In this document: positions 1 through 9,763 of the stretch, one piece after another | How the letters are laid out: every line of letters begins with the position of its first letter | Numbering within the stretch: the first letter of the stretch is position 1 | Source: Spirochaetaceae bacterium | GTDB taxonomy: Bacteria > Spirochaetota > Spirochaetia > B11-G9 | Assembly (NCBI GenBank): GCA_015493635.1 | Contig: WGCU01000077.1 | Location: forward strand, 23,153 to 87,152 | DNA: 64,000 bases | Direction of reading: 5' to 3' | Made by a program: the position numbers and the translations under genes | Notes under the pieces: generated by a model | What the model was told of the DNA's origin: nothing | The model's input: only the letters and a program-made list of their open reading frames with translations | Database searches by the model: none

Positions 1-281
1 ACGTAAGCTCACGTATCAGGGAATATGCCGTTGAGGCTTTTGCAGCTGTTGAGGCTTCGGGTTTCGCCCGGGTGGATTTTTTTATTGAAAGAGAAACAGG
101 CAGAATTCTTATCAATGAAATAAATACGCTCCCCGGCTTTACCTCAATCAGTATGTTTTCCCAACTATGCGAAGCAGGAGGTGTTCACTATTCTGTTATG
201 CTGGACAGGGTTATTTCACTGGGAGAAAAAGCCTTTTTAAGGAGAAAAGCACTAAAAAGAATTCCAGAAGATATTTTTTAA
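1..281 (+). CDS. ddl: D-alanine--D-alanine ligase, C-terminal part (5' truncated by window)
   Basis: Frame is open from base 3: ...SGFARVDFF...ILINEINTLPGFTSISMF, the Ddl C-terminal ATP-grasp motif. Confidence 0.9.
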   Translation, partial: VSSRIREYAVEAFAAVEASGFARVDFFIERETGRILINEINTLPGFTSISMFSQLCEAGGVHYSVMLDRVISLGEKAFLRRKALKRIPEDIF

Positions 282-791
282 TTACCAGTGATCCCACCCG
301 ACAACCCGGGATACCGGCTTTCGGGGGCTCTTCATAGGTACTTCAGCCGGATATCCCAACAGAAGGAGCATTACAACCCGCATGGAATACGGTATACTCA
401 GGATATCCTTTACCTCAGCTTCATCAAATGTTGTTACAACACACGCACCGAGTTCTTCCGCCCGACTCTGAATCATCATAAAAGAAACGGCCATACTTAG
501 ATCAACAGGATAAGAAAGCTGTCCGTTGGGCATTTTATATTCAATGTTTGTTGTACAGGCAGCTATAACAACAGGAGCACTGCCAACATGTTCCTGACCA
601 AAAGCTGCTTCTTTGATCCGGTTCCTCGTTCCGGGGTCCCTGCAAACCACAAACCGCCAGGGCTGGCGGTTTTTAGCAGAAGGAGCCCGGATTCCCGCTT
701 CGAGAACTCTACCGAGAACATCTTTATCAATGGAATCTTTTTTAAAGTTTTTTATACTCACCCACTCTCTTATTTCATCAATAACATGCAT
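282..791 (-). CDS. Nitroreductase family protein
   Basis: APSAKNRQPWRFVV motif, GACVV, LLLGYP. Start placed at ATG 791, which has GGAG upstream. Confidence 0.88.
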   Translation of the reverse strand: MHVIDEIREWVSIKNFKKDSIDKDVLGRVLEAGIRAPSAKNRQPWRFVVCRDPGTRNRIKEAAFGQEHVGSAPVVIAACTTNIEYKMPNGQLSYPVDLSMAVSFMMIQSRAEELGACVVTTFDEAEVKDILSIPYSMRVVMLLLLGYPAEVPMKSPRKPVSRVVGWDHW

Positions 792-819
792 TTGAAACTC
801 CGGGAATTTTATAATTAGC

Positions 820-849
820 TTGACGTTGTTCCGGATAATCACGTATTGT
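820..849 (+). promoter_or_regulatory. Putative sigma70 promoter TTGACG-18-TATTGT, ATG 7 nt downstream (leaderless candidate)
   Basis: Boxes at 820-825 and 844-849; no SD before ATG 857. Confidence 0.45.
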
Positions 850-856
850 TTCAATA

Positions 857-3055
857 ATGAAGAAATCTTTTTTGTTCATCAGTATTATTTTACTATCCCC
901 TGTCTTTATAAATGCCGGAACAACTCTCTCAAAAACAGTATATCACATTACACAGGATATGAACAGTTTCTCCACATTTTTTCCACTCAAAGAGGGATCA
1001 GAACACGAGAAAGAAGCTGTTCGTTTTATAAAAAAACGGTTTGATTCATTGGGAATTACCTATACTCAGTACGCCATGAATAATGCAGAAACCATTCATT
1101 CGGAATCAGTTATCATTGACGCTTTTTTCCCCGGTGAAAAAAGTGATGAAATATTTTTTATCATACCGCTTAATTCCACAGCAGGGTCATCAAAAGAAAC
1201 ATATTCCTTCAATATTGCATCAGCTCTCATGCTTGCTCAAACACTTCAGGCCAAAAAGCTGCGTAATAGAGTACACTTAATTTTTATGGGAGCAGAATTC
1301 GGCGATGATGATTCATACCCTCTTGGAACAGCAGAGTTTTTAAACGCTTACTATCCGGAGCACAGCAGTGCTTTTTTTTACTGTAATATAACCGGCATAC
1401 CTGAAAAAATTAATGTATCTACCGCCGGAACAGGAAATATTTCTCCCCTGTGGCTCCTTGAAAAGAGTATACAGTCCCTACAGGAAGCACATGTTTCCTA
1501 CCGTTTCCGTCAAGGACAAAACCTGATATACCGGCTTAAACTAAATGACCATCCTTCAATAATTGACCGGTATTTGGAAAATGGATATCCTACAATACTA
1601 TTTACCGGTAATAATACTCTTTCAACAGTTACAGCTCATTACTATTCGTTCCTTTTGCATATTGCAACAGATAAAGGCTGGGATATCCCTTCCAGTCTCA
1701 ACTGGGACAAGCACTATCTTTTCATCAACCATGGCAGAACCCCGTTTTTTATCAATGAACAATCCTACGTGCTCTTCCTCATTATCCTCTTAAGCATTTT
1801 TTTACTGTATCCCTTTATCAAAGGACCACAATTCAGCCGATACCTGAAATCTCTCTCACGACATCTCTGGACAATTCCTGTATTGTTCCTGATGACATTT
1901 CTTTTCCTCGCCGTTGCAACCTTTGCGCTTCAGTCAATTCTCCGTATCCGATCGTTCAATACACTCTGGAAAGAGTCTCCCTGGCTATTTCTATTTTTTA
2001 AGCTTACCTTCACAAGCTTTCTTTTTCTTCTTTCCGTACGTCTTTTTAAATTTCTAAACTTTTCCTACAAGGGCAGCTTCTACAGCGCAGCCTCAATGCT
2101 TTTTATCATTCTTGATATGCTTCTGTTATCAGCTGTTGATATTTCCTTTACTTTTTATCTTGTCCCGGTACTCTTTAGTATTTTCCTCTTTACCATATTC
2201 AGAAGTAAATGGGGAAAACTTTTTTTCCTTCTTCTCTCAACAGGTATCCTTATAGCAGGAACGGTTAACATGTTTTACAGTAACTCTTTTCGGGTTATCC
2301 ATATTTTCCTGCTTTCTTCACTGTATGGGAATTTAATTATTTCAGCAAATCTGCTTCCCGTACTTCTTATGATTTACAGATTGAGATTATTGTTCCACTC
2401 CAGGGATACCGAACGTGTAAAAAAAGGGATACGATACTTTGATTTTTCCCTGGGAGTATTGTCACTTTCACTTTTTGTATACCTATCCATTTTTAACCCT
2501 TTTTCCCGGACAAATCCTCAACCGCTTGCTATTCATGATACTGTTTCTCTTGATACCCGCTCCCGGTTTATAACGATGACAAGTCCTGCTCCACTCGGTA
2601 CATTCACTCTGACAGAAGGCTCTCATTCCACCAGGTACACGACAAAAGAAAGGGAAATTACCATTCCTTCAGCTTTTCCGGCCCAACCTCCTGTAATTGT
2701 ACTTACGAGAACCGGCTTTCTAAACCGGACAAAATATGCATTGTCATATTACGGGACAATTTGCGCGGATACCATTAAAGTAAAATTGGTTTCCGACAAA
2801 CGAATCATTCTTTTTGATTCCAATTTTTCTTATTCCGAAAACAATGATGCTACAGAGGTTAACTTCACCACAGGTTCCTTTCCCCCTTTGAATTTTTATC
2901 TCACCTTTACACTTCCCCGTTCTTTTAACGGAGAACTCTTCGTAAAAGGGGTATACACTGATCCTGCAGATGGAATTTCCATAAAAGATCACTTTTTTTC
3001 TGTCAAGAGTATACAATACATCAAAAAAAAATTACTTATTACAAACTCAGATTGA
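857..3055 (+). CDS. Polytopic membrane protein with an N-terminal M28-peptidase-like domain (probably degenerate)
   Basis: Signal peptide, M28-like segment (VHLIFMGAEFG...LGT), about 8-9 hydrophobic helices, soluble C-terminal domain. Confidence 0.6.
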   Translation: MKKSFLFISIILLSPVFINAGTTLSKTVYHITQDMNSFSTFFPLKEGSEHEKEAVRFIKKRFDSLGITYTQYAMNNAETIHSESVIIDAFFPGEKSDEIFFIIPLNSTAGSSKETYSFNIASALMLAQTLQAKKLRNRVHLIFMGAEFGDDDSYPLGTAEFLNAYYPEHSSAFFYCNITGIPEKINVSTAGTGNISPLWLLEKSIQSLQEAHVSYRFRQGQNLIYRLKLNDHPSIIDRYLENGYPTILFTGNNTLSTVTAHYYSFLLHIATDKGWDIPSSLNWDKHYLFINHGRTPFFINEQSYVLFLIILLSIFLLYPFIKGPQFSRYLKSLSRHLWTIPVLFLMTFLFLAVATFALQSILRIRSFNTLWKESPWLFLFFKLTFTSFLFLLSVRLFKFLNFSYKGSFYSAASMLFIILDMLLLSAVDISFTFYLVPVLFSIFLFTIFRSKWGKLFFLLLSTGILIAGTVNMFYSNSFRVIHIFLLSSLYGNLIISANLLPVLLMIYRLRLLFHSRDTERVKKGIRYFDFSLGVLSLSLFVYLSIFNPFSRTNPQPLAIHDTVSLDTRSRFITMTSPAPLGTFTLTEGSHSTRYTTKEREITIPSAFPAQPPVIVLTRTGFLNRTKYALSYYGTICADTIKVKLVSDKRIILFDSNFSYSENNDATEVNFTTGSFPPLNFYLTFTLPRSFNGELFVKGVYTDPADGISIKDHFFSVKSIQYIKKKLLITNSD

Positions 3056-3080
3056 CACCACCACCTCCTTCAATTAGGAT
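3052..3080 (+). promoter_or_regulatory. Putative sigma70 promoter TTGACA-17-TAGGAT
   Basis: Perfect -35 at 3052-3057, -10 at 3075-3080, ATG at 3087. Confidence 0.6.
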
Positions 3081-3086
3081 AGAGAT

Positions 3087-5384
3087 ATGAAGATGTTAAA
3101 AATATACTCAATCTCTCTTTTATTTTTTGGGGTTTTTGCACTGAGCAGTGTAAGTGGTACCGTAGTTAATACTTCGCTCGGGAAATCCTTTCTCAAGATA
3201 TTCCCGGAACTTTCCAAAGGATATATTGATTTAAATGCAAATGGCCAGATGGACAGGCTCGATGATATGGATGAGAAAATTCCTGATTCCAGTGTTAAAG
3301 ACGGTATTATCCAGGTGCAGGAAATTCTGAATTTTATCGAAGTTAATTACCGTTTTATTCCCATAGAAACACTGAAATCAGTTAAGACAGCTCTTTTAAA
3401 CGCTTCGGGAGATATTCCTCAGATAATAGCTCTTAATTATATGGGCAAAATTGATGAAGTTTTAAAAAAGAAGGAGCAGTTGGGAGGAGATTCTCTTTAC
3501 TTGACACCGTCTGCACTGAAAAAAGCACAGGAAAAGATGCTGGGATACATTGCAACGATGCTTAACGCCTACAGAAAAGAACAGAAAAAATATGAAGCGG
3601 ATTTTACATCCGCAAGTGATCAGCTGTTTAGAATGATTGAAGCCGGTTATCCGCTTCCGGATCTTAATACCGATGACCGTGATCTCCTTGTAAGTTTAAC
3701 AATATTCACCATTGAGAAAAATAAGGATACCAACAAGAAAAGAGTTACTGCCGCAATCAGAACCCTTGGTATACTCAAGGCAAGACAGGCGATCCCCTAT
3801 CTTAAGAAACTTCTGGACTCTTCTGATTACGGGTACGATAGTGCTCTTGCCCTGGGAAATATTGGAAATTCAGACTCAAGGGAAGTGCTTATTTCCAAAA
3901 TAAAGGGAGGTGTTTCAGGAAAGCTTCAGACGGGAATTATACAGGCTCTTGGGAATGTGGGAGGAGATGACAGTATTAACGTCCTCCTTTCTTTTCTTAC
4001 ACCGGGAAAAGGGAAAAAAATAGACCCCGCTATTGAAAAACCGGTTATTGAAGCACTCTCTGCTATTACAAAAAAGAATCCCCGGAACAGAAAGGTTTAT
4101 TCGATTCTTTCTTCATACCTCACCAATCCTGATAAATCATTACGGATCCTTGCCATTAAGGGCATTGCCCGTTATAAATCTGCCTCAGCCGTATCGCTTC
4201 TCCTTCCTCTTCTGAAAACTGAAAAAGCAGAAGATGTTAAAATTGGACTGGTAAAAAGTCTTAGTGCAACGGACAGCTCTACTGCAGTACCGGCAATTAC
4301 CGCGCTTCTGAAAGACCCAAATTCATCAGATGATCTCAAAGAAGCTGTTATTACATCACTTGGTGACAACAGTAACGGTTCGAAATCGGTATTGAACATA
4401 GTCGATTATCTGGGGGATAAAAACAATACCCTCCGGACAGCAACCGCCAAAACCCTTGAAAAACTTTACAAGCAGAACAGTACTGTTGTTACAGGAATGT
4501 TAAGCAGGAAACTTGCCACCCGTAAGGATGAACTCTTCTTAACAGAAGCATCCGCGCTTCTTGCAAAACTCGCAGATCCCGGAACTATCGTTACAGTTAC
4601 AAATCTGCTCCAGTCACAGTATCCTTCTGTCAAGAAGAATGCCACCTGGGCACTTTACAGAATACGTCCGGAAAAAAATCTAAAAGTAGTTACAGAACTT
4701 CAAAAACTGGTTACAAGTGAAACAGAATCTACAGAGGTCCGCATCAATGCCGTACGTACCATAGGTGCCATGGGATATGATCCGCCCCGTTCTGATACCT
4801 GGAAAACCTTACTTGCTCCCTTAAAACTGCAGGATACAAAGTATTTCATGCTGAAACTCTATGCTGTTGAAGCTTTAGGGAATCTGGGCACGGTAAACAA
4901 TCAGATTATCTCACGTCTTACCGAAACGTTAACACGTGAAAAAAGTGAAACCATAAAAATCGCTGCAGTTGACGCGCTGCGATCAATGAATAACCTGAAT
5001 AGTTCTGTTGAAAAGGTTCTTACCGGGATTTTTAAACGGAGCAAGGACACAATGCTGCGCCTTTCAATACTTGAAGTTCTCAGTGATATGGATTCTCCTG
5101 AAATTTCTACCTTTGCCCCCGACCTTCTAACCAAAGAGCAGACTATAGATGTTAAATTCAGGGTAATCTATGCTCTGGCCCGGGTTGGAGATGATAAATC
5201 CCTTTCCGTTCTCCTTGATGAAACCTCTGATACTACTGTTGCGGCATTCCTGACCGGAGTACTGGAAGACGCCGATAAGACAACTCTCGGGAATCTTCTT
5301 GCAAGAAGGATCAAAACAGAAACAGATCCTGTACGGCTTGCAGCTTTCAAGAAGCTGAGTAACGGTTTTGCCGATTCATTCTAA
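3087..5384 (+). CDS. Exported HEAT/PBS-lyase-like repeat protein
   Basis: Signal peptide; many repeats of the type AAIRTLGILK...AIPYLKKLL, SALALGNIG, VRINAVRTIGAMG. Confidence 0.8.
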   Translation: MKMLKIYSISLLFFGVFALSSVSGTVVNTSLGKSFLKIFPELSKGYIDLNANGQMDRLDDMDEKIPDSSVKDGIIQVQEILNFIEVNYRFIPIETLKSVKTALLNASGDIPQIIALNYMGKIDEVLKKKEQLGGDSLYLTPSALKKAQEKMLGYIATMLNAYRKEQKKYEADFTSASDQLFRMIEAGYPLPDLNTDDRDLLVSLTIFTIEKNKDTNKKRVTAAIRTLGILKARQAIPYLKKLLDSSDYGYDSALALGNIGNSDSREVLISKIKGGVSGKLQTGIIQALGNVGGDDSINVLLSFLTPGKGKKIDPAIEKPVIEALSAITKKNPRNRKVYSILSSYLTNPDKSLRILAIKGIARYKSASAVSLLLPLLKTEKAEDVKIGLVKSLSATDSSTAVPAITALLKDPNSSDDLKEAVITSLGDNSNGSKSVLNIVDYLGDKNNTLRTATAKTLEKLYKQNSTVVTGMLSRKLATRKDELFLTEASALLAKLADPGTIVTVTNLLQSQYPSVKKNATWALYRIRPEKNLKVVTELQKLVTSETESTEVRINAVRTIGAMGYDPPRSDTWKTLLAPLKLQDTKYFMLKLYAVEALGNLGTVNNQIISRLTETLTREKSETIKIAAVDALRSMNNLNSSVEKVLTGIFKRSKDTMLRLSILEVLSDMDSPEISTFAPDLLTKEQTIDVKFRVIYALARVGDDKSLSVLLDETSDTTVAAFLTGVLEDADKTTLGNLLARRIKTETDPVRLAAFKKLSNGFADSF

Positions 5385-6561
5385 CGGTAAAATCATTTTC
5401 CATGTGGACATGGACGCTTTCTATGCCTCCATTGAGCAGGTTGACAACCCCGAATACCGGGGGAGACCGGTAATAGTAGGCGCACAGCCGGGAAGCAGAG
5501 GGGTTGTATCAGCATGTTCCTATGAAGCCCGTTCATTCGGGGTACACTCAGCCATGCCCATTTCCGAGGCTTTCAGTTTATGCAGATCAGGTATCTTTGT
5601 TCCTGTCCGCATGCATCGATATCAGGAAGTGAGCCGGTTGATTATGCGTATCTTTGATGATTTCACCCCCTTGAAGTTTCAGATCTCCATAGATGAAGCA
5701 TTTCTTGATATGACCGGTACGGATAAACTCTTTGGGACGCCTAAAAAAACAGCAGAGAAGTTAAAGGCCAGTATAAGAGAAGAAACTGGATTGACCGCTT
5801 CTGTCGGTATTGCACCAAACAGGCTTCTTGCAAAAATTGCATCGGACCATAATAAACCTGACGGACTGGTAGAAATCAAGAAGGGTACAGAGATAGACTT
5901 TCTCGATACAATACGGTTAAAAGATATATGGGGCCTTGGGAAAAAGACCCTGAAAACCCTGCAGGATTATAATATAACAACAGTAAAGCAGTTAAGAACT
6001 CTTGATCTTCCCACTCTTCAGCAGTTAACAGGAAAATCCGGAGGGGCATTCCTGTACAATGCCTCCAGAGGAATTGATCCCGGTATGTATTCAGGTGAAC
6101 GGAAGACAAAGTCTATCAGCAGTGAGACCACATTCAGTACAGATACAAAAGACAAAGAAAGTATCAAACACATATTGCTTGATCTTTCAGATCAAATTAT
6201 GTTCAGATTGACAGAACATGGATACAAAAGCAAAACGATCTTTATTAAAATCCGATACACCGATTTTACAACGATGACAGCTCAGACCACGCTGCCGCAT
6301 CCGGTTAGAACAACGGACGAGATATTCACTACTGCTCTCGGTCTTTTCGAAAAAAAGTGGGACGGTGTTTCTTCCCTGCGTCTGGTAGGTCTCGGCGTAT
6401 CTTCTGTTGAAGTAAAAAAACTCCCGGATCAGATTCAACTGTTTATGGACACTGAAGATCAAAAATCTAAAGTTGAAAAAGCTGTTTTCTCATTACGGGC
6501 AAAGGGAAGCAGGGTAACCAAAGCAAGCCTCCTGAACAAAGAGGCCCGCTTCAATCGGTAA
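5368..6561 (+). CDS. dinB: DNA polymerase IV (Y-family)
   Basis: HVDMDAFYASIEQ, SYEARSFGVHSAMP, SIDEAFLD, LAKIASD motifs. Confidence 0.95.
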   Translation: MPIHSNGKIIFHVDMDAFYASIEQVDNPEYRGRPVIVGAQPGSRGVVSACSYEARSFGVHSAMPISEAFSLCRSGIFVPVRMHRYQEVSRLIMRIFDDFTPLKFQISIDEAFLDMTGTDKLFGTPKKTAEKLKASIREETGLTASVGIAPNRLLAKIASDHNKPDGLVEIKKGTEIDFLDTIRLKDIWGLGKKTLKTLQDYNITTVKQLRTLDLPTLQQLTGKSGGAFLYNASRGIDPGMYSGERKTKSISSETTFSTDTKDKESIKHILLDLSDQIMFRLTEHGYKSKTIFIKIRYTDFTTMTAQTTLPHPVRTTDEIFTTALGLFEKKWDGVSSLRLVGLGVSSVEVKKLPDQIQLFMDTEDQKSKVEKAVFSLRAKGSRVTKASLLNKEARFNR

Positions 6562-6566
6562 CAGTG

Positions 6567-7469
6567 TTACATTTTTGCAAGAATATCTTTTACTTCCTTT
6601 AAATCGTCCTTATCCCCCGGTTTCGCATCGGGGAGGGTACTCAGCTTCTTTTCTAGCCATACCATGATGGCTTTTCCTTCTTCCTTGTCTGAAAGTTTTG
6701 CGAGAGCCTTTGAACTGTACGGAGGTATACGGGAAAAATCAACGACTCCCTCGTAATACCAGTTTTTCTTGAGCAGAGAATTTTCACTGCTGTACTTAAC
6801 CTTTTTTTTCTTCTGCTCCCGCAGACGTTTGGATGCACTCCATTTTCTCCCCAGAAGGTCTTTGCCAAGAGCAAGATAGTACGAATAATGGTACGGCCGG
6901 GTTTTCTTCTCCTGATTATCAATAGCCTTCCGGGCAAAGGACACAGCATAATCCATATTACCAAATGAAATAAAACCGGGTACCGCATAGTAGAGCCGTC
7001 CCAGGACATAGTATGAATCACCGTGCCGGGGATTATTGTTGATAGCCTTCTCTAGATCATCCCGCATCGACGGTGCTTTAAAGAGTGAATTCAGAATACC
7101 CTTTGTTTCTCCCCATCTTCCGGTATTTGAAGACCGCCAGTAGTAGGCATTGTAATTCCCCGGTTCATAAGTAAGGGATTTATTTGCAAACGCAACCCCT
7201 TTATCAAATCCGGCAAGAAGGTCATCTTTTGAATAACCGTCACGTTCTTCCTGATCAACAATTTCCAGATTTGCCCGGGATAATCTCCAGGTTATCTCAC
7301 CCTTTTCCCGGTTACTCTTTGCCGAAGAGAGTGCGTTCTCCAACAGTGCATACTCCTGTTTGTACAGCCCTGCATCATGCATTGCATCAGCTTTCTTGTA
7401 GAGTGCTTGATCAGCCCACAGTCCGGCAACGAGAAAAGTAAACACAAATCCCAACAGTATCTTCTTCAT
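6567..7469 (-). CDS. Exported TPR-like helical repeat protein
   Basis: Signal peptide; TPR-like segments (AYYWRSS, SYYVLGRLYY, YYLALGK); SD AAGGAG. Confidence 0.65.
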   Translation of the reverse strand: MKKILLGFVFTFLVAGLWADQALYKKADAMHDAGLYKQEYALLENALSSAKSNREKGEITWRLSRANLEIVDQEERDGYSKDDLLAGFDKGVAFANKSLTYEPGNYNAYYWRSSNTGRWGETKGILNSLFKAPSMRDDLEKAINNNPRHGDSYYVLGRLYYAVPGFISFGNMDYAVSFARKAIDNQEKKTRPYHYSYYLALGKDLLGRKWSASKRLREQKKKKVKYSSENSLLKKNWYYEGVVDFSRIPPYSSKALAKLSDKEEGKAIMVWLEKKLSTLPDAKPGDKDDLKEVKDILAKM

Positions 7470-7510
7470 AAAAGCTCCTTTATGTTTTTATACAGTGTAG
7501 CATACCCCTG

Positions 7511-8737
7511 CTACATTTCCCACCGGTAAATTTCTATTTTTCCATCCAGAAAATCTGAGAAAGCAACCGTCTTCCCATCGGGAGATGCTGCAAGCCCCGT
7601 CGGCTGATTCCCGCCCCATGTCCAGTCAACAAGCTGCTGTTTCCGGGTATCATACACAAATATTTTACCGAAAACAGGACCTTTATGCAGGTACCCCTCT
7701 GCAGAGTTTTTTCCCCGGGAGGATATAAACAGATACCGTTCATCAGGGCTGAGAGCAATGGTATTAAGATTGCTTCCTACATAAAATGTTTTCAGTACCC
7801 TGTCAGTAGAAATACTTATTTCAGATACGGTTCCTCTGTACATATCCGAAACATACAGCTTATCTGATTTCCGTGCTACTGCAATATGCCGGGGAGCCCC
7901 GTTCCCAAGTATAATATTTTTTATTATTTTAAACGAAGAAAGGTCAATTTTTACCACCATACCTGCAGAATAAAGTGCTGCATAGAGATATCTGTTATCA
8001 GGAGAGATTCCAAGTCCCCGGGGAATACCGGGAGTATGAATAATTTTTAATATCCGGTGACTCCTGGTATCTATAACAGAAACTGTCTTTGATTCCCAGT
8101 TCGAAACAAATGCTCTCCTGCCCTCTCCGTCAGCGGCAATAACTTTCGGCCACCGCCCACCAGCCGGAAAACTTGAAAGATACGTAAAGTTCCTGCTGTC
8201 AAAAATATGGATCAATCCTGTTGTCATCTGGCTGACCCAAAGCTCATGTATATGCGGAATAAAAAGGGTTTCCACAAACCCTTTCTTTTCGGCATATTTC
8301 TGCGGGATAGAAATTTCAGAATATTTTCTGTTGCTTCCGGAATAAAAAACTTCTATTCCACCTCCATTAAGGAGGGCGGTAACGTAATATTTACCGTCAG
8401 GAGAGAATCGGACACTCTTAGGCTGACTTCCCGTCCTGTTGTATGAATCGAATACAAGATGAGTATGCATTCTCTCCAGTTTGTATTCCTCAGCACCTCC
8501 TGACTGTTTATGATAGGGGATGTATTTGTCTCTGTATGAAGGGGCCCTTAACAAAGCATACGTCCAGCCTACCGGAAGGAGGTAATGATGCACTCCTCCG
8601 CTGATACTTTGAGGTTTAATAATGCCGCCGTTCACAACAAGAACCGAAGAGAAAGGAAAGGATTTTATATCAAAAGACAGAAGATTCTGAACAGCGGTTA
8701 AGAATAAAAGCAGCTGAAAAACCTGATACAGTCTCAT
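7511..8737 (-). CDS. YncE/YVTN-type beta-propeller protein
   Basis: Repeats such as PKSVRFSPDGK, PRGLGISPDNRYLY, PTGLAASPDGK, TVSVIDT. Confidence 0.8.
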   Translation of the reverse strand: MRLYQVFQLLLFLTAVQNLLSFDIKSFPFSSVLVVNGGIIKPQSISGGVHHYLLPVGWTYALLRAPSYRDKYIPYHKQSGGAEEYKLERMHTHLVFDSYNRTGSQPKSVRFSPDGKYYVTALLNGGGIEVFYSGSNRKYSEISIPQKYAEKKGFVETLFIPHIHELWVSQMTTGLIHIFDSRNFTYLSSFPAGGRWPKVIAADGEGRRAFVSNWESKTVSVIDTRSHRILKIIHTPGIPRGLGISPDNRYLYAALYSAGMVVKIDLSSFKIIKNIILGNGAPRHIAVARKSDKLYVSDMYRGTVSEISISTDRVLKTFYVGSNLNTIALSPDERYLFISSRGKNSAEGYLHKGPVFGKIFVYDTRKQQLVDWTWGGNQPTGLAASPDGKTVAFSDFLDGKIEIYRWEM

Positions 8738-9171
8738 ACAGTGATAATTTTCTGGGGTGAATGCTCAGTAAGATAGATGGTATCATACCGCCCGGAGTGC
8801 TCAAAGTCCTGATCAGGAAAGTGGCTCTTCCCGAAAAAATAAATAATATCCATCATGTCATTACTGCTATTGCTTAAAGAGTAACGATAATAACAGTCAT
8901 AATTCTCAAGTATTTTTTTATGTTCCGGCGTATAAATCAGTACAGAATCTGTCTGGCGGCGGAGCCTTGAGCGGAGTCCGCCGTACCACACCCAATCCAG
9001 GAACATAAGATTCAGTTTCTTTTTCTCATCCATATAGTAAAGTTCATAGATCCCGCCGAGGGAAGGGACTGAAGATGAAATTTCGTACTTGTCCGCCTTT
9101 TTCAGGAGAGACCAATACACCTGAAAAAAGACTTCCCTTTTATCTTCCTTTTTTTTAATGACTGGTTCCAT
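8734..9171 (-). CDS. Hypothetical protein with a GIY-YIG-like motif
   Basis: VPSLGGIYELYY...YGGLRSRLR; start taken at ATG 9171; stop overlaps the next start. Confidence 0.55.
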   Translation of the reverse strand: MEPVIKKKEDKREVFFQVYWSLLKKADKYEISSSVPSLGGIYELYYMDEKKKLNLMFLDWVWYGGLRSRLRRQTDSVLIYTPEHKKILENYDCYYRYSLSNSSNDMMDIIYFFGKSHFPDQDFEHSGRYDTIYLTEHSPQKIITV

Positions 9172-9180
9172 TAGAAAAAA

Positions 9181-9209
9181 AGTGTAAACTGAGTTATGAA
9201 AAAGTACAA
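9181..9209 (-). promoter_or_regulatory. Putative sigma70 promoter TTGTAC-17-TACACT
   Basis: Minus-strand boxes at 9209-9204 and 9186-9181; ATG 9 nt downstream with no SD. Confidence 0.45.
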
Positions 9210-9261
9210 CCCCTCTTGTCCCCACTTTAAATTATTTCAATTTCAAGGTAGTATCCTTTTC

Positions 9262-9762
9262 ATGGCAGTTGGAATTGTACTTGTTGAACCTGAGATTCCT
9301 CAAAATACAGGGAATATTGCCCGTACCTGTGCCGCAACAGGAAGCAGTCTTCATCTTGTTAAACCCCTGGGTTTTTCCGTGGATGACAAACATCTGAAAC
9401 GCGCCGGGCTTGATTACTGGAATTTACTGGATGTTTACTATTATGAAAATTTTGAAGCGTTTTTATCCGCAGCCGGTCATTCCAGGATAGTCTTTGTTAC
9501 TACCAAGGCTGACAGACTATATACGGATTTCAGATATGAAGATAACTGTTATCTGGTTTTCGGCAAAGAAACGAAAGGACTCCCGGAAGAACTTCTTGTT
9601 GCACATCATGAAACCTGTGTGAGAATTCCCATGGTTGAAGAAGCCCGTTCCCTGAACCTTTCAAATTCAGCAGCAATTGTGGTATATGAAGCATACAGAC
9701 AACTTAATTTTTGCGGGATGCAGCACAAGGGAAAGCTGCACCGTCTTGAATGGAGGGAATAG
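9262..9762 (+). CDS. trmL: tRNA (cytidine/uridine-34-2'-O)-methyltransferase
   Basis: IVLVEPEIPQNTGNIARTCAATG, LKRAGLDYW, FGKETKGLP, RSLNLSNS (SPOUT fold). Confidence 0.95.
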   Translation: MAVGIVLVEPEIPQNTGNIARTCAATGSSLHLVKPLGFSVDDKHLKRAGLDYWNLLDVYYYENFEAFLSAAGHSRIVFVTTKADRLYTDFRYEDNCYLVFGKETKGLPEELLVAHHETCVRIPMVEEARSLNLSNSAAIVVYEAYRQLNFCGMQHKGKLHRLEWRE

Positions 9763-9763
9763 C

